A DNA stretch of 32,000 bases from Pyrodictium abyssi. Lineage in GTDB: Archaea; Thermoproteota; Thermoprotei_A; Sulfolobales; Pyrodictiaceae. This document shows, piece by piece, positions 1 to 11,644 of this stretch; within the stretch, counting starts at the first letter, position 1, and every line of letters begins with the position of its first letter. The stretch covers positions 1,770,001 through 1,802,000 of the forward strand of contig NZ_AP028907.1 in assembly GCF_036323395.1 (NCBI RefSeq), read 5' to 3'. The translations under genes were made by a program, and so were the position numbers. Under the pieces are notes generated by a model. The model worked only from the letters and a program-made list of their open reading frames with translations. It searched no databases and was not told the origin of the DNA.

Positions 1-120
1 AATAGACATAAGACAAATACACACGCAGCAACACCACACCGTCATTCACTGCCACACAAGCCAGATATATTTCATTCATTTAAGCTAAATTAAATAATAG
101 CACAAGGTTATTATAATGTT

Positions 121-1209
121 ATGGAGGTAGTTGAGATGATACAATGGGATTTATTCAATATCATGATGGACAAGTCTATTAGTGCACGATTACTCAGACT
201 TGCACTCCTAACCAGGACATATGGACCGCATTATGTTATATTTAAACTTATTAAACGCTTTCTGACTAAGGAAAGAATTATCGGGCTTGATGAAATAGCA
301 AATATAGTTAGGTACTATTCTGGTTTAAAAGTGGAGAAATATGGCGATAGTGAATACAGAATATATTGGCCTGAAGGTGACTACGTTACCGTAAAGAGTT
401 ACGAAGAAGTTCTTTTAGTCGCAATTGCGCATAACTTATCCTACAAAGTCGTTGATTCTGAAAGTGCATATCTCTGTAAGAAGTTATTGAGCGAACGATG
501 TATCGTATTCGATGAGAACTACGTTGAACATGAAGACATAAAAATCTCTAGAAGAACTATAGCTGGGTGTCCTACTTGTCTGGCAGAAACAATGATCCTT
601 AAAACGCATGACGTTGTACGCCCCTTTGGTAAAAACGTACTAGACATCGGAGCCTGGGTAGGTGATAGTAGCCTTAGATTAGCAAAGCTAGGTGCAAGTA
701 GAGTAGTCGCAGTAGAACCCAATCCTATGAACTATTCAGAACTTCTACACAACCTTGAGTTAAATCCTCATATAAAGGATGCGATAATTCCAGTACACGC
801 AGCTGTAGATGAAGACGGCGAGGTAAAAATTTGCTATAATTCCGATTTTAGTGGCGGCAGTTCAATATTTCGTAATGGCAGATATTGCGATATAGTACCT
901 TCAGTCTCATTCAAGACTCTTATAGAAAAATACGGACCATTTGATATCATTAAGCTTGATTGTAAATGATGTGAGCTTAAAGTGTTAGATGAAATCTCTA
1001 CTATTAAATATAGACCAAAAGTTATAAAATTAGAAATAGATTTAAACTCATGGGGGGCACTGATAGAAGATAACCCAGTAAGAGTCATTGAAAAACTTAA
1101 AGAAGCGGGATACAGTGTACAGACGTATCGTACATTCCCTAGTATACCATATATGAGCCTTATGCAAGTAATTGCTACACTAGAAGATGAAAACAACAAT
1201 GATATATAA
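121..1209 (+). pseudogene. FkbM-family SAM-dependent methyltransferase, interrupted by an in-frame TGA at 967-969
   Basis: VLDIGAWVGDSSLRLAKLGASRVVAVEPNP (SAM-binding motif I) and DIIKLDCK; ORF 982..1209 is in the same frame and continues the FkbM C-terminus (CELKVLDEISTIKYRPKVIKLEID). Confidence 0.8.
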
Positions 1210-1222
1210 AATTTATTTATAA

Positions 1223-2160
1223 TTATATGATCTTATGTAGTATCTTTTTATTATAATGTTCTATTACTTTTTGAGGCAATGGGCCAAATTTTCTCTCATC
1301 ATAAGGCTCTAGCCTGGCAATTAAGGTCTTCATGTACTTTATACCTGCCTCATAGAGATCCGATGCGCCATACTCATCTTTTGCGACTTTTTTCGCGAAT
1401 TCAAAGGCTTTTTCTACATCCTCTTGTAGTAGTCTATCAACAATTCCCTTATACTTCCACCATACATGCTTAAAGAAGAGTCTTTCTGGTTTTCTTACAT
1501 CACAGAAGTGATAACCTAGCGGTTCTCTGATATATACTACTTTATACATGTGTACTGGAGCTATAAGACTTTCGGTATTTCTTATCTCAACATATTTTAG
1601 CTTCCTAGACCATGTATATAGCCAATGCTCTACATGCATGGGATTAGGACATAAATGATATATGTCTCCACAGAACCGTATAAACGGCCAGTATACCAAG
1701 TAGTATAGTTTCCTGTCCGTTACTTCTATAATTTCTCTAATAGTTTTTACAAGCTTTTCATCGGCAACAAAATCGGCATCCCAAATTAAAATCCATCTAT
1801 ATCTTGCTTCTCTTAGACCGAGGTTACGAGCCTTAACTAGATCACCAGGTGGCAACTTATAGAACCTTATAGGGAGTCCATGCTCATTTTCAATCTTTCT
1901 ATAATATGTGGCGTATTGTCAAAAGATGAGTCTATAACGATATATTCATCAACTATTTCTTTGATAGATAATAGAGATAACTCTATCCATTCCTCTTCGT
2001 TAAACGTACACACCATAGCTGTTATTCCTTCTTGTTTCCCCTCCTTTGTAGCGTCTATAATGCCAAGAGTAGCAGATATACTTGACATAGTATTCCTTAG
2101 CATAAAGGTACCTCGGCGTCCAAGTATCCTTCTAACAAGCCTTCGTAAGCTTAGCCCCAC
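1223..2160 (-). pseudogene. Family 2 glycosyltransferase split by a one-base frameshift near 1887-1890
   Basis: N-terminal part MVCTFNEEEWIELSLLSIKEIVDEYIVIDSS (1867..2160) and C-terminal part KLPPGDLVKARNLGLREARYRWILIWDADFVADEK (1223..1855); restoring one A rejoins them as ERLKNEHGLPIRFYKLPPGD. Confidence 0.78.
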
Positions 2161-2361
2161 TTTCTACACCCCAAGAGCCACTGTGGTTCACTTTACTATA
2201 TTATTGACACCATGGTGTCCAAGCGTAACGCAATGAATTCAAGTTTGTATTGTACTTAAACAAGTGAGAGACATAACGATAGGTGCTGGACACCATGTAA
2301 ATGCACACGCTTTCCAGCTTAAGATAAAAGAGCCTTTCACCGTACCTTACATTTTTGCGGC

Positions 2362-3117
2362 TTAGCTGCCTGTGTGTAGGAACTCCTTTATCGTGCTGGG
2401 GTCTAGCTTGTTGTAGCGCTCGAGGCTGCCTAGGTCGTACCAGGGCCCCCGGTAGATGTAGGCTTTAACCCTCATCCCCTGGCTTATCATCCAGGGGACT
2501 AGGTCGCCCATGATGTCGAAACCCGTGCCGAGTGCTTGCTCGGCCCTGTCGAGGACACGGGGGTTTAAGGCTAGCACGCCTATGGTGACCAGTAGGGGGA
2601 GCCAGGGCTTCTCCTCGAGCTTAGTAACGTTACCCTCCTGGTCTACCTCCGCCACGCCTACGGGGACCTGATACTGGTCCGCCAGCACCAGGGTGGCATC
2701 AGCCCGCCACTCGCTGTGCCTCTCGAGCAAGTCGTGTACATTCACGGGGGCCAGTATGTCGCCGTACCAGACGAGCACTGTGTCGGCGTCGAGTAGGCCC
2801 CTACGCCGGGCGTTGAGGAGGGCGCCGCCAGTGCCGGTGTACTCGTCGGTGTCTAGGCTGTAGCGTATCCGGACACCCCAAGCGCCACCATCACGGAAGT
2901 AGTTGGCTACCTGACGCCAACGATAACCCACAAGCAGCACGATATCCCGTAGCCCGTAGCGGGCGAGCCACGCCACAATATGCTCCAGGAGAGGCCGCTC
3001 CTCCGGCCCTACAGGAACCATTGGCTTGGGGATAAGGTCGGTATACGGGCGGAACCTCCTACCCTCACCGCCCGCAAGGACCGCCGCGACGATACTACGC
3101 AACACACTGTACCCCAA
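2362..3117 (-). CDS. Sugar-phosphate nucleotidyltransferase
   Basis: N-terminal AAVLAGGEGRRFRPYTDLIPKPMVPVG signature and VWYGDILAP; start may be a few codons internal. Confidence 0.9.
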   Translation of the reverse strand: MGYSVLRSIVAAVLAGGEGRRFRPYTDLIPKPMVPVGPEERPLLEHIVAWLARYGLRDIVLLVGYRWRQVANYFRDGGAWGVRIRYSLDTDEYTGTGGALLNARRRGLLDADTVLVWYGDILAPVNVHDLLERHSEWRADATLVLADQYQVPVGVAEVDQEGNVTKLEEKPWLPLLVTIGVLALNPRVLDRAEQALGTGFDIMGDLVPWMISQGMRVKAYIYRGPWYDLGSLERYNKLDPSTIKEFLHTGS

Positions 3118-3470
3118 GCGTATTCCTCACAAATAGCGCGGCCACCATTAAGACTGTACCGTTAAGTAGATGATAATTTATCGCACACCATATAAGATGT
3201 GAACTTAGCCAACCGGGAATGAGACACATCATACCTTTCATATATTGTACTTGAAGAGTACCGTACATGAATCATTATTATAGCAGCATTTAGCGCTGAG
3301 GCCTAGAAATAGCGGGTAGGGGTCATCATATGTGATGCATTAGCCATCCGTATTCCAGAGTGTATACAATACATCCTGCATAACGCAGTGCAACACAAAC
3401 CATCATACTAACAGGATACTAACTTTTGGCGCTCGCCCTTCGTATCTAGGCTTGGCGGAGGTTTAACATT

Positions 3471-4517
3471 ATGGTAGTACGCGTAGCAGTCATAGGCGCT
3501 GGCTACATGGGTTCAGCACATGCACGTGTGCTGAAGAGGATTATCAATGAGTATCCCGGTCTTGCCGAGCTAGTATATGTGGTGGACATAGATAGACATA
3601 AAGCTATTAACGTTACTAGTAAATATGGAGGGAAACCTACAGATAGTATAGATAAGCTTCCAGACGAAAGCGTAGACTTTGCGATTATTGCTACACCGAC
3701 TTCATTCCACTTTACTGCTGTTAAGCAGCTGGCGGAGAAGGGTGTAAAGGGATTTCTGATAGAGAAGCCTATGACGAGAAACCTCGAGGAAGCTACCAGC
3801 CTAATAGATCTAGAGAAAGAGTACAATCTCTGGATAACAGTAGGTCATATTGAGCGTTTTAATCCAGCCACAGCAGCACTGCATAAGAGAATAGCAGCAA
3901 ACAGTTTCGGCGATATACTAACACTCGTCGCAAGACGGGTTGGGCCCTTCGCTGCCCGCGTCAAGGATACAGACGTAGTGTACGACCTAGCTATCCATGA
4001 AGTTGATAACGCTCTTGTAATATACAGGTTACTCCCCCACACAGTGAAGTCTTATACGCTGGGGGGCATAGTATCAAACCTAACGGATTACGCTCTAGCG
4101 GTACTAGGCTATGATAACGGCTTTGCAAGCATCGAAGTAAACCGTGTAACACCATTCAAACAGAGAATACTATACCTTACAGCCAGAAAAGGTGTAGTAT
4201 TCTTAGACTACATGAAACAAGAGCTACGCTTCCACAGCAACGACGAGGAGACAATAATCCACGTCAACCGGGAAGAACCACTATACCTCGAAGACCTAGT
4301 AACGCTAAGAAGCTTCGCAGACAAGAATAAGCCGCCAGTAGACACGCGTCAAGCATTCACAGCACTATATATCTGCGAGAAAATACTAAATTCAACAAAA
4401 CGCGGAAAAGAAATAATACTAGACAAAGAGGGCGACTATAAAACGTATAGCGATATACTAGAAGAGGGCATTAAGAGATATCGCCACTATGTAAGCCAAC
4501 ATACAAGCCAACACTAA
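3471..4517 (+). CDS. Gfo/Idh/MocA-family oxidoreductase (possibly WbpB-like)
   Basis: Rossmann VAVIGAGYMGSAHARVLKR, IEKPMTRNLEEA and IHEVDNALVIYRLL motifs. Confidence 0.88.
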   Translation: MVVRVAVIGAGYMGSAHARVLKRIINEYPGLAELVYVVDIDRHKAINVTSKYGGKPTDSIDKLPDESVDFAIIATPTSFHFTAVKQLAEKGVKGFLIEKPMTRNLEEATSLIDLEKEYNLWITVGHIERFNPATAALHKRIAANSFGDILTLVARRVGPFAARVKDTDVVYDLAIHEVDNALVIYRLLPHTVKSYTLGGIVSNLTDYALAVLGYDNGFASIEVNRVTPFKQRILYLTARKGVVFLDYMKQELRFHSNDEETIIHVNREEPLYLEDLVTLRSFADKNKPPVDTRQAFTALYICEKILNSTKRGKEIILDKEGDYKTYSDILEEGIKRYRHYVSQHTSQH

Positions 4518-4803
4518 AATAATTATAAAATAATCATATTTCGGGTTCTTATATTCAGCTACTAATGTACAGCGAGCAGTCAACTTCCAGTAATAACTTC
4601 ATCGATTAAGAAGACAACACGAATGCAATTAGCACCCGATCCCAGTACTATAATCACATTACGACTATGTATAATCATGGCTGAGCCAGTAACAAGACCT
4701 TGTTGTAATACTCATTGCTGTATGATTTATTATATGCGTACTACGATGCATGCAAAGAAGGGGGTTGCCGGGCATCATATGGCGCTGACGAGGATGATCA
4801 TGC

Positions 4804-6153
4804 ATGGATGTAGTAGACCTAGTCCTAAGCGGGCAACAACCTCTAGCTGTTTGCGGCGCGGGCTATGTTGGACTAAGCCTCGCCGCCGTATACCTCCGCC
4901 ACGGCATAAAGGTCATACTAGCAGACATAAACGAGGAAAAACTCAGACTCATAGAAAGCAAGAAGTACAGATACATCGAACACACGGTGGAAGAAGCTAT
5001 AAACACGGGACTGGACAGCGGCAGGCTACAGCTGACAACAAGCTGCGAAGAAGCCACCAGGAAGAGCAGAATAACTGTCGTAACCGTCCCAATACACCTA
5101 GACTGGGACACAAAAACAATCAACTACACGCCCTTCGTCAACGCCCTAAAAGATATAGCACGCGGCCTCAAGAAAGGCGACCTAGTCATAATAGAATCAA
5201 GCGTCCCTCCCGGGACTACAGAGGAGATAGCAAAACCCGTACTCGAAGAGACCAGCGGCCTGCGTGCTGAGGAGGACTTCCTCCTAGCATATAGCCCAGA
5301 ACGCATCTACGTAGGAAGGGCAGTCAAAGACATCGAGGAGAACTACCCAAAGATAGTAGCCGGGATAGGACCACGCAGCACAGAGGCAGCAGCAAAACTC
5401 TACAAGAAAATAGCCAAGAAAGGCGTATTAAGACTCCCAAAGCCCCGGGACGCCGAGTTCGAGAAGCTAGCAGAAGGAGTATACCGTGACGTCAACATAG
5501 CCCTAGCCAACGAGCTAGCCATCGCAGCCATGAAGCTCGGCGTAGACTTCTACGCGGCCCGCGAAGCCGCAAATACCGCAAAACCTTACATAAACATACA
5601 CCTACCCGGACCAGGAGTAGGCGGCGCCTGCATACCAATATACCCATACTTCCTAGCCAACAAGCTCCTCGAGAAACACTACATTCCACAGCTCATGCTG
5701 ACAGCACGCCAGATAAACGAACAAATGCCCTTAGTTATAATAAAATTAATAGAACAGTTAGCAACAACACATAAGATAGAGAAGAAAATCGCAAAAATAG
5801 CTATACTAGGAGTAGCGTTCAGAGGCGACATAGATGATACGCGCCTTTCTCCTACGCACGATATAGTAGCGTTGCTTCGCGCCAGAGGATATAATAATAT
5901 ATGGGCACACGACCCCTTTGTAAATTATGACCCAATCCTCAACGGGCTGGGGGTAAGGCTAACAAACAACATTTATGACGTACTAGATAATGCTGATATT
6001 GTAATAATAGCTACTAGACACAGTATATACAAAGATATCAAGCTTTCAGAGCTACTCAAGCAAACCGGCAAACACTCAATAGTAATAGATACAGTAAATT
6101 ATATAAAAATTGATGTTAAATATGATAAAATAATAGTATTAGGATTAAGATAG
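4804..6153 (+). CDS. Nucleotide-sugar (UDP-sugar) 6-dehydrogenase, WecC/WbpA/Ugd family
   Basis: AVCGAGYVGLSLAAVYLRHG, SSVPPGTTEEI, YSPERIYVGRAVKDIEENYPKIVAGI, and GPGVGGACIPIYPYFL active-site cysteine motif. Confidence 0.93.
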   Translation: MDVVDLVLSGQQPLAVCGAGYVGLSLAAVYLRHGIKVILADINEEKLRLIESKKYRYIEHTVEEAINTGLDSGRLQLTTSCEEATRKSRITVVTVPIHLDWDTKTINYTPFVNALKDIARGLKKGDLVIIESSVPPGTTEEIAKPVLEETSGLRAEEDFLLAYSPERIYVGRAVKDIEENYPKIVAGIGPRSTEAAAKLYKKIAKKGVLRLPKPRDAEFEKLAEGVYRDVNIALANELAIAAMKLGVDFYAAREAANTAKPYINIHLPGPGVGGACIPIYPYFLANKLLEKHYIPQLMLTARQINEQMPLVIIKLIEQLATTHKIEKKIAKIAILGVAFRGDIDDTRLSPTHDIVALLRARGYNNIWAHDPFVNYDPILNGLGVRLTNNIYDVLDNADIVIIATRHSIYKDIKLSELLKQTGKHSIVIDTVNYIKIDVKYDKIIVLGLR

Positions 6154-6267
6154 ATATTTTACTCCACAAGGATTCATCGTCTTAATCAATAGCCAAGAAA
6201 GCTAACTATACATAACAATTAAATGCAAGTGAATGTAAGTTAATAGAGGCGACATTGGGGTAGGCAA

Positions 6268-7332
6268 ATGAAGTACAACAGAATAGGCTATGTTGCGAAT
6301 CTGAAGTCACCATTTCAGAAAGAACTATATAGATTTCTAATTAAAAAAGAGAACCTATATAACTATAAAGTATATCACATTAGCCAGTTAAAAGAAAGTA
6401 ATAATTCAACTAACAAAATAATGTTCCCATTTAGATTAATATATCAATTACTAAATCTAAACATATTAAATTTAGATGCATTATTAATCGAATTTATATC
6501 ACATGAAGCCTTTTTCTATAAGATATTAAGTCTACACAAGGTGCCAACCTTTGTCAGGTGCCATAGAATAGAACTCTATGATTATTACAATAACCATCGA
6601 AAGAAATTTCTCTATGCAATTGAATTCGCAACACTTATAATGTGCGTAAGTAATGCTATGCGGGAAAGACTTGCTGAAATAGCACCACATGCCAAGTATA
6701 AATCAATAGTAGTCTATAACTCTGTCGATATTAATAAATTTAAACCATTAAATCTAGAACAAAGATATGTGGATCGCCGTGATGGAAAATTTGTAATAGG
6801 CAGTATGGGAAGATTCATAGAATCTAAGGGCTTTACTGAACTTATTTACACAGTAGCTAGATTAATTAAGAAAGGTTATAATAACATAATCTTAGAGATA
6901 GCTGGGTATGGTCCATTATATTATAAAATCAATAAACTTGTCGAAAAACTCAATATTAAGAAAAACGTCATTATTCGTGGCTACATTCCACATGATGAGA
7001 CTGTTAAGTGGTATAATAGTTTAGATATGTTTGTACTTAATAGTAAAATTGAAGGTATGCCTACAGTTGTGCTAGAAGCTATGGCAACGGCACTTCCAGT
7101 AGTTGCCACGTCCGTAGGCGGTATACCTGAGGCTCTAGACAGTGAGTGGATATATGAACCATACAATCTAGATCGTTTAGAAGATCTAATACTAAAAATA
7201 TATAATATGGATCCTTCAAAGCGAATAAAGATTGGTATGAAGAATAGACTTCGTGTTATCGATAAATTTAATCTAGAGAAAAACTCCAAAGTAATAATTG
7301 ATCTTATACTTAAAAATATTAACAATATATAA
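6268..7332 (+). CDS. GT4-family glycosyltransferase
   Basis: GSMGRFIESKGFTELI, IAGYGPLYYKINKLVEKL, EGMPTVVLEAMATALPVVATSVGGIPE. Confidence 0.9.
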   Translation: MKYNRIGYVANLKSPFQKELYRFLIKKENLYNYKVYHISQLKESNNSTNKIMFPFRLIYQLLNLNILNLDALLIEFISHEAFFYKILSLHKVPTFVRCHRIELYDYYNNHRKKFLYAIEFATLIMCVSNAMRERLAEIAPHAKYKSIVVYNSVDINKFKPLNLEQRYVDRRDGKFVIGSMGRFIESKGFTELIYTVARLIKKGYNNIILEIAGYGPLYYKINKLVEKLNIKKNVIIRGYIPHDETVKWYNSLDMFVLNSKIEGMPTVVLEAMATALPVVATSVGGIPEALDSEWIYEPYNLDRLEDLILKIYNMDPSKRIKIGMKNRLRVIDKFNLEKNSKVIIDLILKNINNI

Positions 7333-7388
7333 ATTATATTAACTAATATTAGAATGCTAATGTAGTAATATAACTGGTGGTAGTAAAT

Positions 7389-8618
7389 ATGAAACACAGA
7401 GTTGTACAGTATATAGACTACTACGGCGATAAAATGGGAGGTGGCGCAATATTCGCTAAATGGCTAAACATATATTTTAATTATGTTAAAAAGATACCTG
7501 CACTAATACTATCTACGTCATATCCAAATAAGTATTCTAGATATAATGAAGACCTCGAATCTATCTTATTAGTAGGAAAAAATGTAAAGCCTTTTGTAAA
7601 ACATTTTGTGTCGTCACCCAGAGGTAAACGTAAAACAGCTAAAGCTTTTGCCTGGTTTGGTACAAATATATATCTAATAATGAAGAAATACGATATATTA
7701 CAGATACATGGTAGTATATCATCTACAAAATTACCATTCATAAATAGATTATATTTCTGTCCAATTTGCATAGCACTACATTTAAGAAATACTTACAAGA
7801 AATATATAAAGAAAGTAGTTCTAACATTACATGCCTACTGGACACTAGTTAATTTAGTTAACAATACAAATAATATAAAGGATATAGCTCTGGCCGAGAA
7901 AATGCTATTTGATAATGTTGATGATATTATAGCTGTAGAATTATACCACTATAATGTACTCAGAGAGCAAAATATGTCCGCTAGGATACACTATATACCA
8001 TCAGCATCTGTTCCTAAAAAATTAGTGTATAATCCATATGTTATCCCAAATATAGAAATAGATGAAGAAATACTTAATAAAATTAGAAATAAGATTAAAA
8101 TTTGTCTTCCTAGCAGATTAGAGCCAGAAAGAAATATCATAGATTTTGTGCGCCAATATATTAAGGCTATAAACACATATGATTATGTAAGACGAAATAC
8201 GATATTGCTTATAGCAGGCAGCGGTTCATTAGAAAATCTTATCAGACATATATCAGAAAAAATCAGCAACATAATATATTTAGGCGCTCTAAGCCATATT
8301 GAAGTTCTATCTATGATAAGAGATCATTGCGATATAGTAGTAAATACCGCGAAATCGCCTGGCACGGGACGTATAACCATAGAGGCTTTTACATTCAAGA
8401 AGCCCGTTCTCCGGCGTATGTCAATTGATATCAATCCAATAGTGGATGGTGTAAACGGAATAGTGTATAGTGACGATGATATTATAGATAAGTTAGTGGA
8501 TATAAGCTTAATGAGATACGATTTGCATAAGCTAGGTGAGCACGGACAAGAGACAGTGAAAAAGCGATTTCTATTCGAAGATATAGCGGAAAAATATATG
8601 AATATCTATAATTTATAA
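7389..8618 (+). CDS. GT4-like glycosyltransferase
   Basis: GT-B pattern: YGDKMGGGAIFAKWLNIY, LLIAGSGSLENLIRHI, YLGALSH, NTAKSPGTGRITIEAFTFKKPVL. Confidence 0.78.
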   Translation: MKHRVVQYIDYYGDKMGGGAIFAKWLNIYFNYVKKIPALILSTSYPNKYSRYNEDLESILLVGKNVKPFVKHFVSSPRGKRKTAKAFAWFGTNIYLIMKKYDILQIHGSISSTKLPFINRLYFCPICIALHLRNTYKKYIKKVVLTLHAYWTLVNLVNNTNNIKDIALAEKMLFDNVDDIIAVELYHYNVLREQNMSARIHYIPSASVPKKLVYNPYVIPNIEIDEEILNKIRNKIKICLPSRLEPERNIIDFVRQYIKAINTYDYVRRNTILLIAGSGSLENLIRHISEKISNIIYLGALSHIEVLSMIRDHCDIVVNTAKSPGTGRITIEAFTFKKPVLRRMSIDINPIVDGVNGIVYSDDDIIDKLVDISLMRYDLHKLGEHGQETVKKRFLFEDIAEKYMNIYNL

Positions 8619-8620
8619 TC

Positions 8621-9781
8621 ATGGTGAATATTATGCACCAGGATATAGATGTAGTTTTGGTGTCACGCGGATGGTTTCCAACCACTAAGGGCGGTGCAGA
8701 AAAATTTATATCAAGACTCGGAAACGAACTATATAAGAGAGGACTAAAAGTAGTTGGTATCACGCAATGGGTCAGAAACGCTTTTTATCCCAAAACTCCT
8801 TACAAAATTATATTTATTTCTGGAAAGGGAAAACCCAATACGCTATCATCATTGGTATTTTCTTTAAAAGCTGGCATAACAGTAAATAAGCTGAAACCAT
8901 GTGCTGTCATAGTAAATGGCTACTGGGGAGAACTAGCTCCACTATTCATCAAGAGTTCAAAGATAGTAACAATTATACATGATGTAGGGTTTGTAAACTC
9001 CATATATCAGTCCAAATTACACTACAATACTATCAAAAATATTATGCGAAAATATATCTTAAGCAAAATAATTAAAAAATCCGACATAATAGTTGTTCCT
9101 AGCTTAATTGTGAAAAAAGATATTATAAATTACATTAGTAGTTACTGTACAGAGAAGATATACGTGCTGGGTTTCGAAGGTATCGATGGCCCGTTTAGAC
9201 GTATACATGTAGAAAATGAATACTTTGATATAGTCCATGTAGCACGATTTGCCCCCAACAAGGGACATATCATACTCCTGAAAGCCTTTGCCAATATTCT
9301 CAATGAACTGAAAAATATACGCCTATGGCTTGTTGGAGGTATTGATGCGAAACACATAGATTATTATGAGAAAATAAAATATATAGCTAATAATATAAAT
9401 AGGAAGTTTAATAAACCTGTCGTGAAAATAGTTACAAATGCTCCATCGCTGAATAATTACTACGCATTAGCCGATGTATGTGTAGCCCCATCCATTGGTG
9501 ACGAAGGCTATGGACTTGCAGTTGCTGAGTGCATGGCATACGGCAAGCCTGTTATTGCATCTGATATATTTGCTGACACCGGAGTCGTCTCCGCTGAAAG
9601 GGCATTTGTAGTAGAGCGTGGCGATCCCTATGCATTAGCAAATACTATTAAGTACGTCTATTTGAATTACGAGGAAGCACTTAAAAAAGCAGATAAAGGA
9701 TTAGAGTTTGCTAGAAAATGTAGTTGGAGTAAAGTAGCTGATAAATTTATAGAATTACTGAGACATGTTAACTGTAAGTAG
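8621..9781 (+). CDS. GT4-family glycosyltransferase
   Basis: SRGWFPTTKGGAEKFISRLGNEL, VARFAPNKGHIILLKAF, APSIGDEGYGLAVAECMAYGKPVIASD. Confidence 0.92.
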   Translation: MVNIMHQDIDVVLVSRGWFPTTKGGAEKFISRLGNELYKRGLKVVGITQWVRNAFYPKTPYKIIFISGKGKPNTLSSLVFSLKAGITVNKLKPCAVIVNGYWGELAPLFIKSSKIVTIIHDVGFVNSIYQSKLHYNTIKNIMRKYILSKIIKKSDIIVVPSLIVKKDIINYISSYCTEKIYVLGFEGIDGPFRRIHVENEYFDIVHVARFAPNKGHIILLKAFANILNELKNIRLWLVGGIDAKHIDYYEKIKYIANNINRKFNKPVVKIVTNAPSLNNYYALADVCVAPSIGDEGYGLAVAECMAYGKPVIASDIFADTGVVSAERAFVVERGDPYALANTIKYVYLNYEEALKKADKGLEFARKCSWSKVADKFIELLRHVNCK

Positions 9782-10159
9782 ATAGCATGCCTAGACTATT
9801 ACTCTTACTCATATTTTAGTCAACTATTATGCATATTTTACGCTAAATGAGATACGTATAGCTAAGTCTAATCATAATATTCATAAGTTAAATTTAAATT
9901 ATAGCCCTTCTCGAAGTTTTCCTGCAAGCTACGTCCATAGGACACTTTTAAGATACTACACAAAATCCTTATTAATATAGTTTGTCGAGGACCATTAAGA
10001 GAATTAGCTCAAGTTAGTTGTACAATCTAACGTCACAATTATTTTCGTGGTGTTTCTCTCTTGAAATCTGGAGCATTAGACAGAGCCACTTACCGATAGC
10101 CGGGATACAAGGATACCAATAACAGAATTGCTAGGCCAGACCGCTATAATAACCCGACA

Positions 10160-11644
10160 ATGTTGAGAGGTGCCACAAACGTGGGTGTTATAATATCGAC
10201 ATTGATCCGTAGCTCGTTATATACAATAGCATTAGTTATCAACATAGCAGCTTCCGTAACCATAGTTAGAAAACTAGACATTAGAGACTATGCACTATAT
10301 CAAACTATTATGAAACGCGTTGTATCCTATGGTGCCTTATTACCAGGACTCTACGGGCTTTGGCTATATAGGTACACAGTAAAAGGCGTTAGAGGAGCTG
10401 CTGCAGCAGGCCTTTTGCTTTCAACTGTTGCCGGATTAATCACAGCGATAATTGGTAATATCGTTGCAACTAGCCTAGGTGCTTACCCCCTTACGGCAAT
10501 CCTCGCTGGTTTTGCTGCAAGCCTTGCAGTTGCATGGACTGGTATACGGTGGATTATTGATGCTGTTCAGCCTGTCCGCGTTGCCGTGGCTGTTCTTGTT
10601 CAAAGAATACTTTATAGCATATTAATAGTGGTTCTCATTTACCATATGAGACTTGGTGTTGATGGAGCTTTTGTTGCAATGCTAATCTCCTATCTTAGTG
10701 CAATTATACTTGTACTCTTCTGGCTTCGAAGCCGAGGTATAGTAGAGTGGCCCGGTCTACGTTACGTAGCCAATATACTTACAGAATGGCTGCGTAAAAT
10801 TTATGTAACAGCACTGAGCAGTATTGCCACAATCATACAAGCGCTAGACGTTGCCATAGTATATGCTTTTTCTAATGTTGATGTGGTAGCAGCATTTTTT
10901 GCTATAATGAATATATTTTTGCTAATAACGGAGGCAGCATGGAGTGGTTTTACATACTTACATGGCTTTGTACTCTCCACAAATGACTACGAGTCGGCCA
11001 TTAATGTAATACGTATAACAACTCTATTAGCATCACCATTCGTTATATATATTGCAATATATCCATTACATTTAGTATACTTACTGAATCCTAAATATTC
11101 TTGGGCGTCTATTATAGCTCCAATAACAGCTATTAGTTCGCTAGCGCTTATAGCTAATGGTGGCCTTCAAAATCTCCTTGCAGGCCTCATAAGAGATACA
11201 CGAGGCTCAGAACGGAAACTTGCCCGCCTTTACTCTATAGACGTTTTTGCATCAATGATCTACTTGATATTGCTCACCATAGGACTGTGGCTCTCGGATA
11301 CAAGACAAGCTGATATCATTTCATGGGCCTTAGCATATCTTGGGTATAGTGTAATATTTTTATTCTTTCTCCTAATCTATATGAGGAATTATGTGAAGAA
11401 TAAGTTTCTCTATAGTAGTTTAGTTAGCAGTTTAGTTTGGGGCTTGTTTTTATATCCGGGAATAGCCATTCTAACTGCTTTAATGTTTCCTCCGCTTAAT
11501 GCCCCGTTACCTAGATTCTGGGATACTGTGGAGGCCATAACGCCTTCGATTATAGCTGCTGCTTTGACGTATAGTGGCCTAGTTTTACTTATAGACAAGT
11601 GGGCACGTGAACTCTTTAGAACTGTGCTCAAAAAAGCATTATAA
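10160..11644 (+). CDS. Polysaccharide flippase-like (Wzx/MATE-type) multispanning membrane protein
   Basis: About 494 aa, many hydrophobic helices, located at the end of the glycosyltransferase cluster. Confidence 0.75.
   Translation: MLRGATNVGVIISTLIRSSLYTIALVINIAASVTIVRKLDIRDYALYQTIMKRVVSYGALLPGLYGLWLYRYTVKGVRGAAAAGLLLSTVAGLITAIIGNIVATSLGAYPLTAILAGFAASLAVAWTGIRWIIDAVQPVRVAVAVLVQRILYSILIVVLIYHMRLGVDGAFVAMLISYLSAIILVLFWLRSRGIVEWPGLRYVANILTEWLRKIYVTALSSIATIIQALDVAIVYAFSNVDVVAAFFAIMNIFLLITEAAWSGFTYLHGFVLSTNDYESAINVIRITTLLASPFVIYIAIYPLHLVYLLNPKYSWASIIAPITAISSLALIANGGLQNLLAGLIRDTRGSERKLARLYSIDVFASMIYLILLTIGLWLSDTRQADIISWALAYLGYSVIFLFFLLIYMRNYVKNKFLYSSLVSSLVWGLFLYPGIAILTALMFPPLNAPLPRFWDTVEAITPSIIAAALTYSGLVLLIDKWARELFRTVLKKAL

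Noticed and set aside
4623-5270. 215-aa plus-strand ORF overlapping the UDP-sugar dehydrogenase start
   Set aside because: Basic low-complexity sequence in an alternate frame of a well-supported gene.
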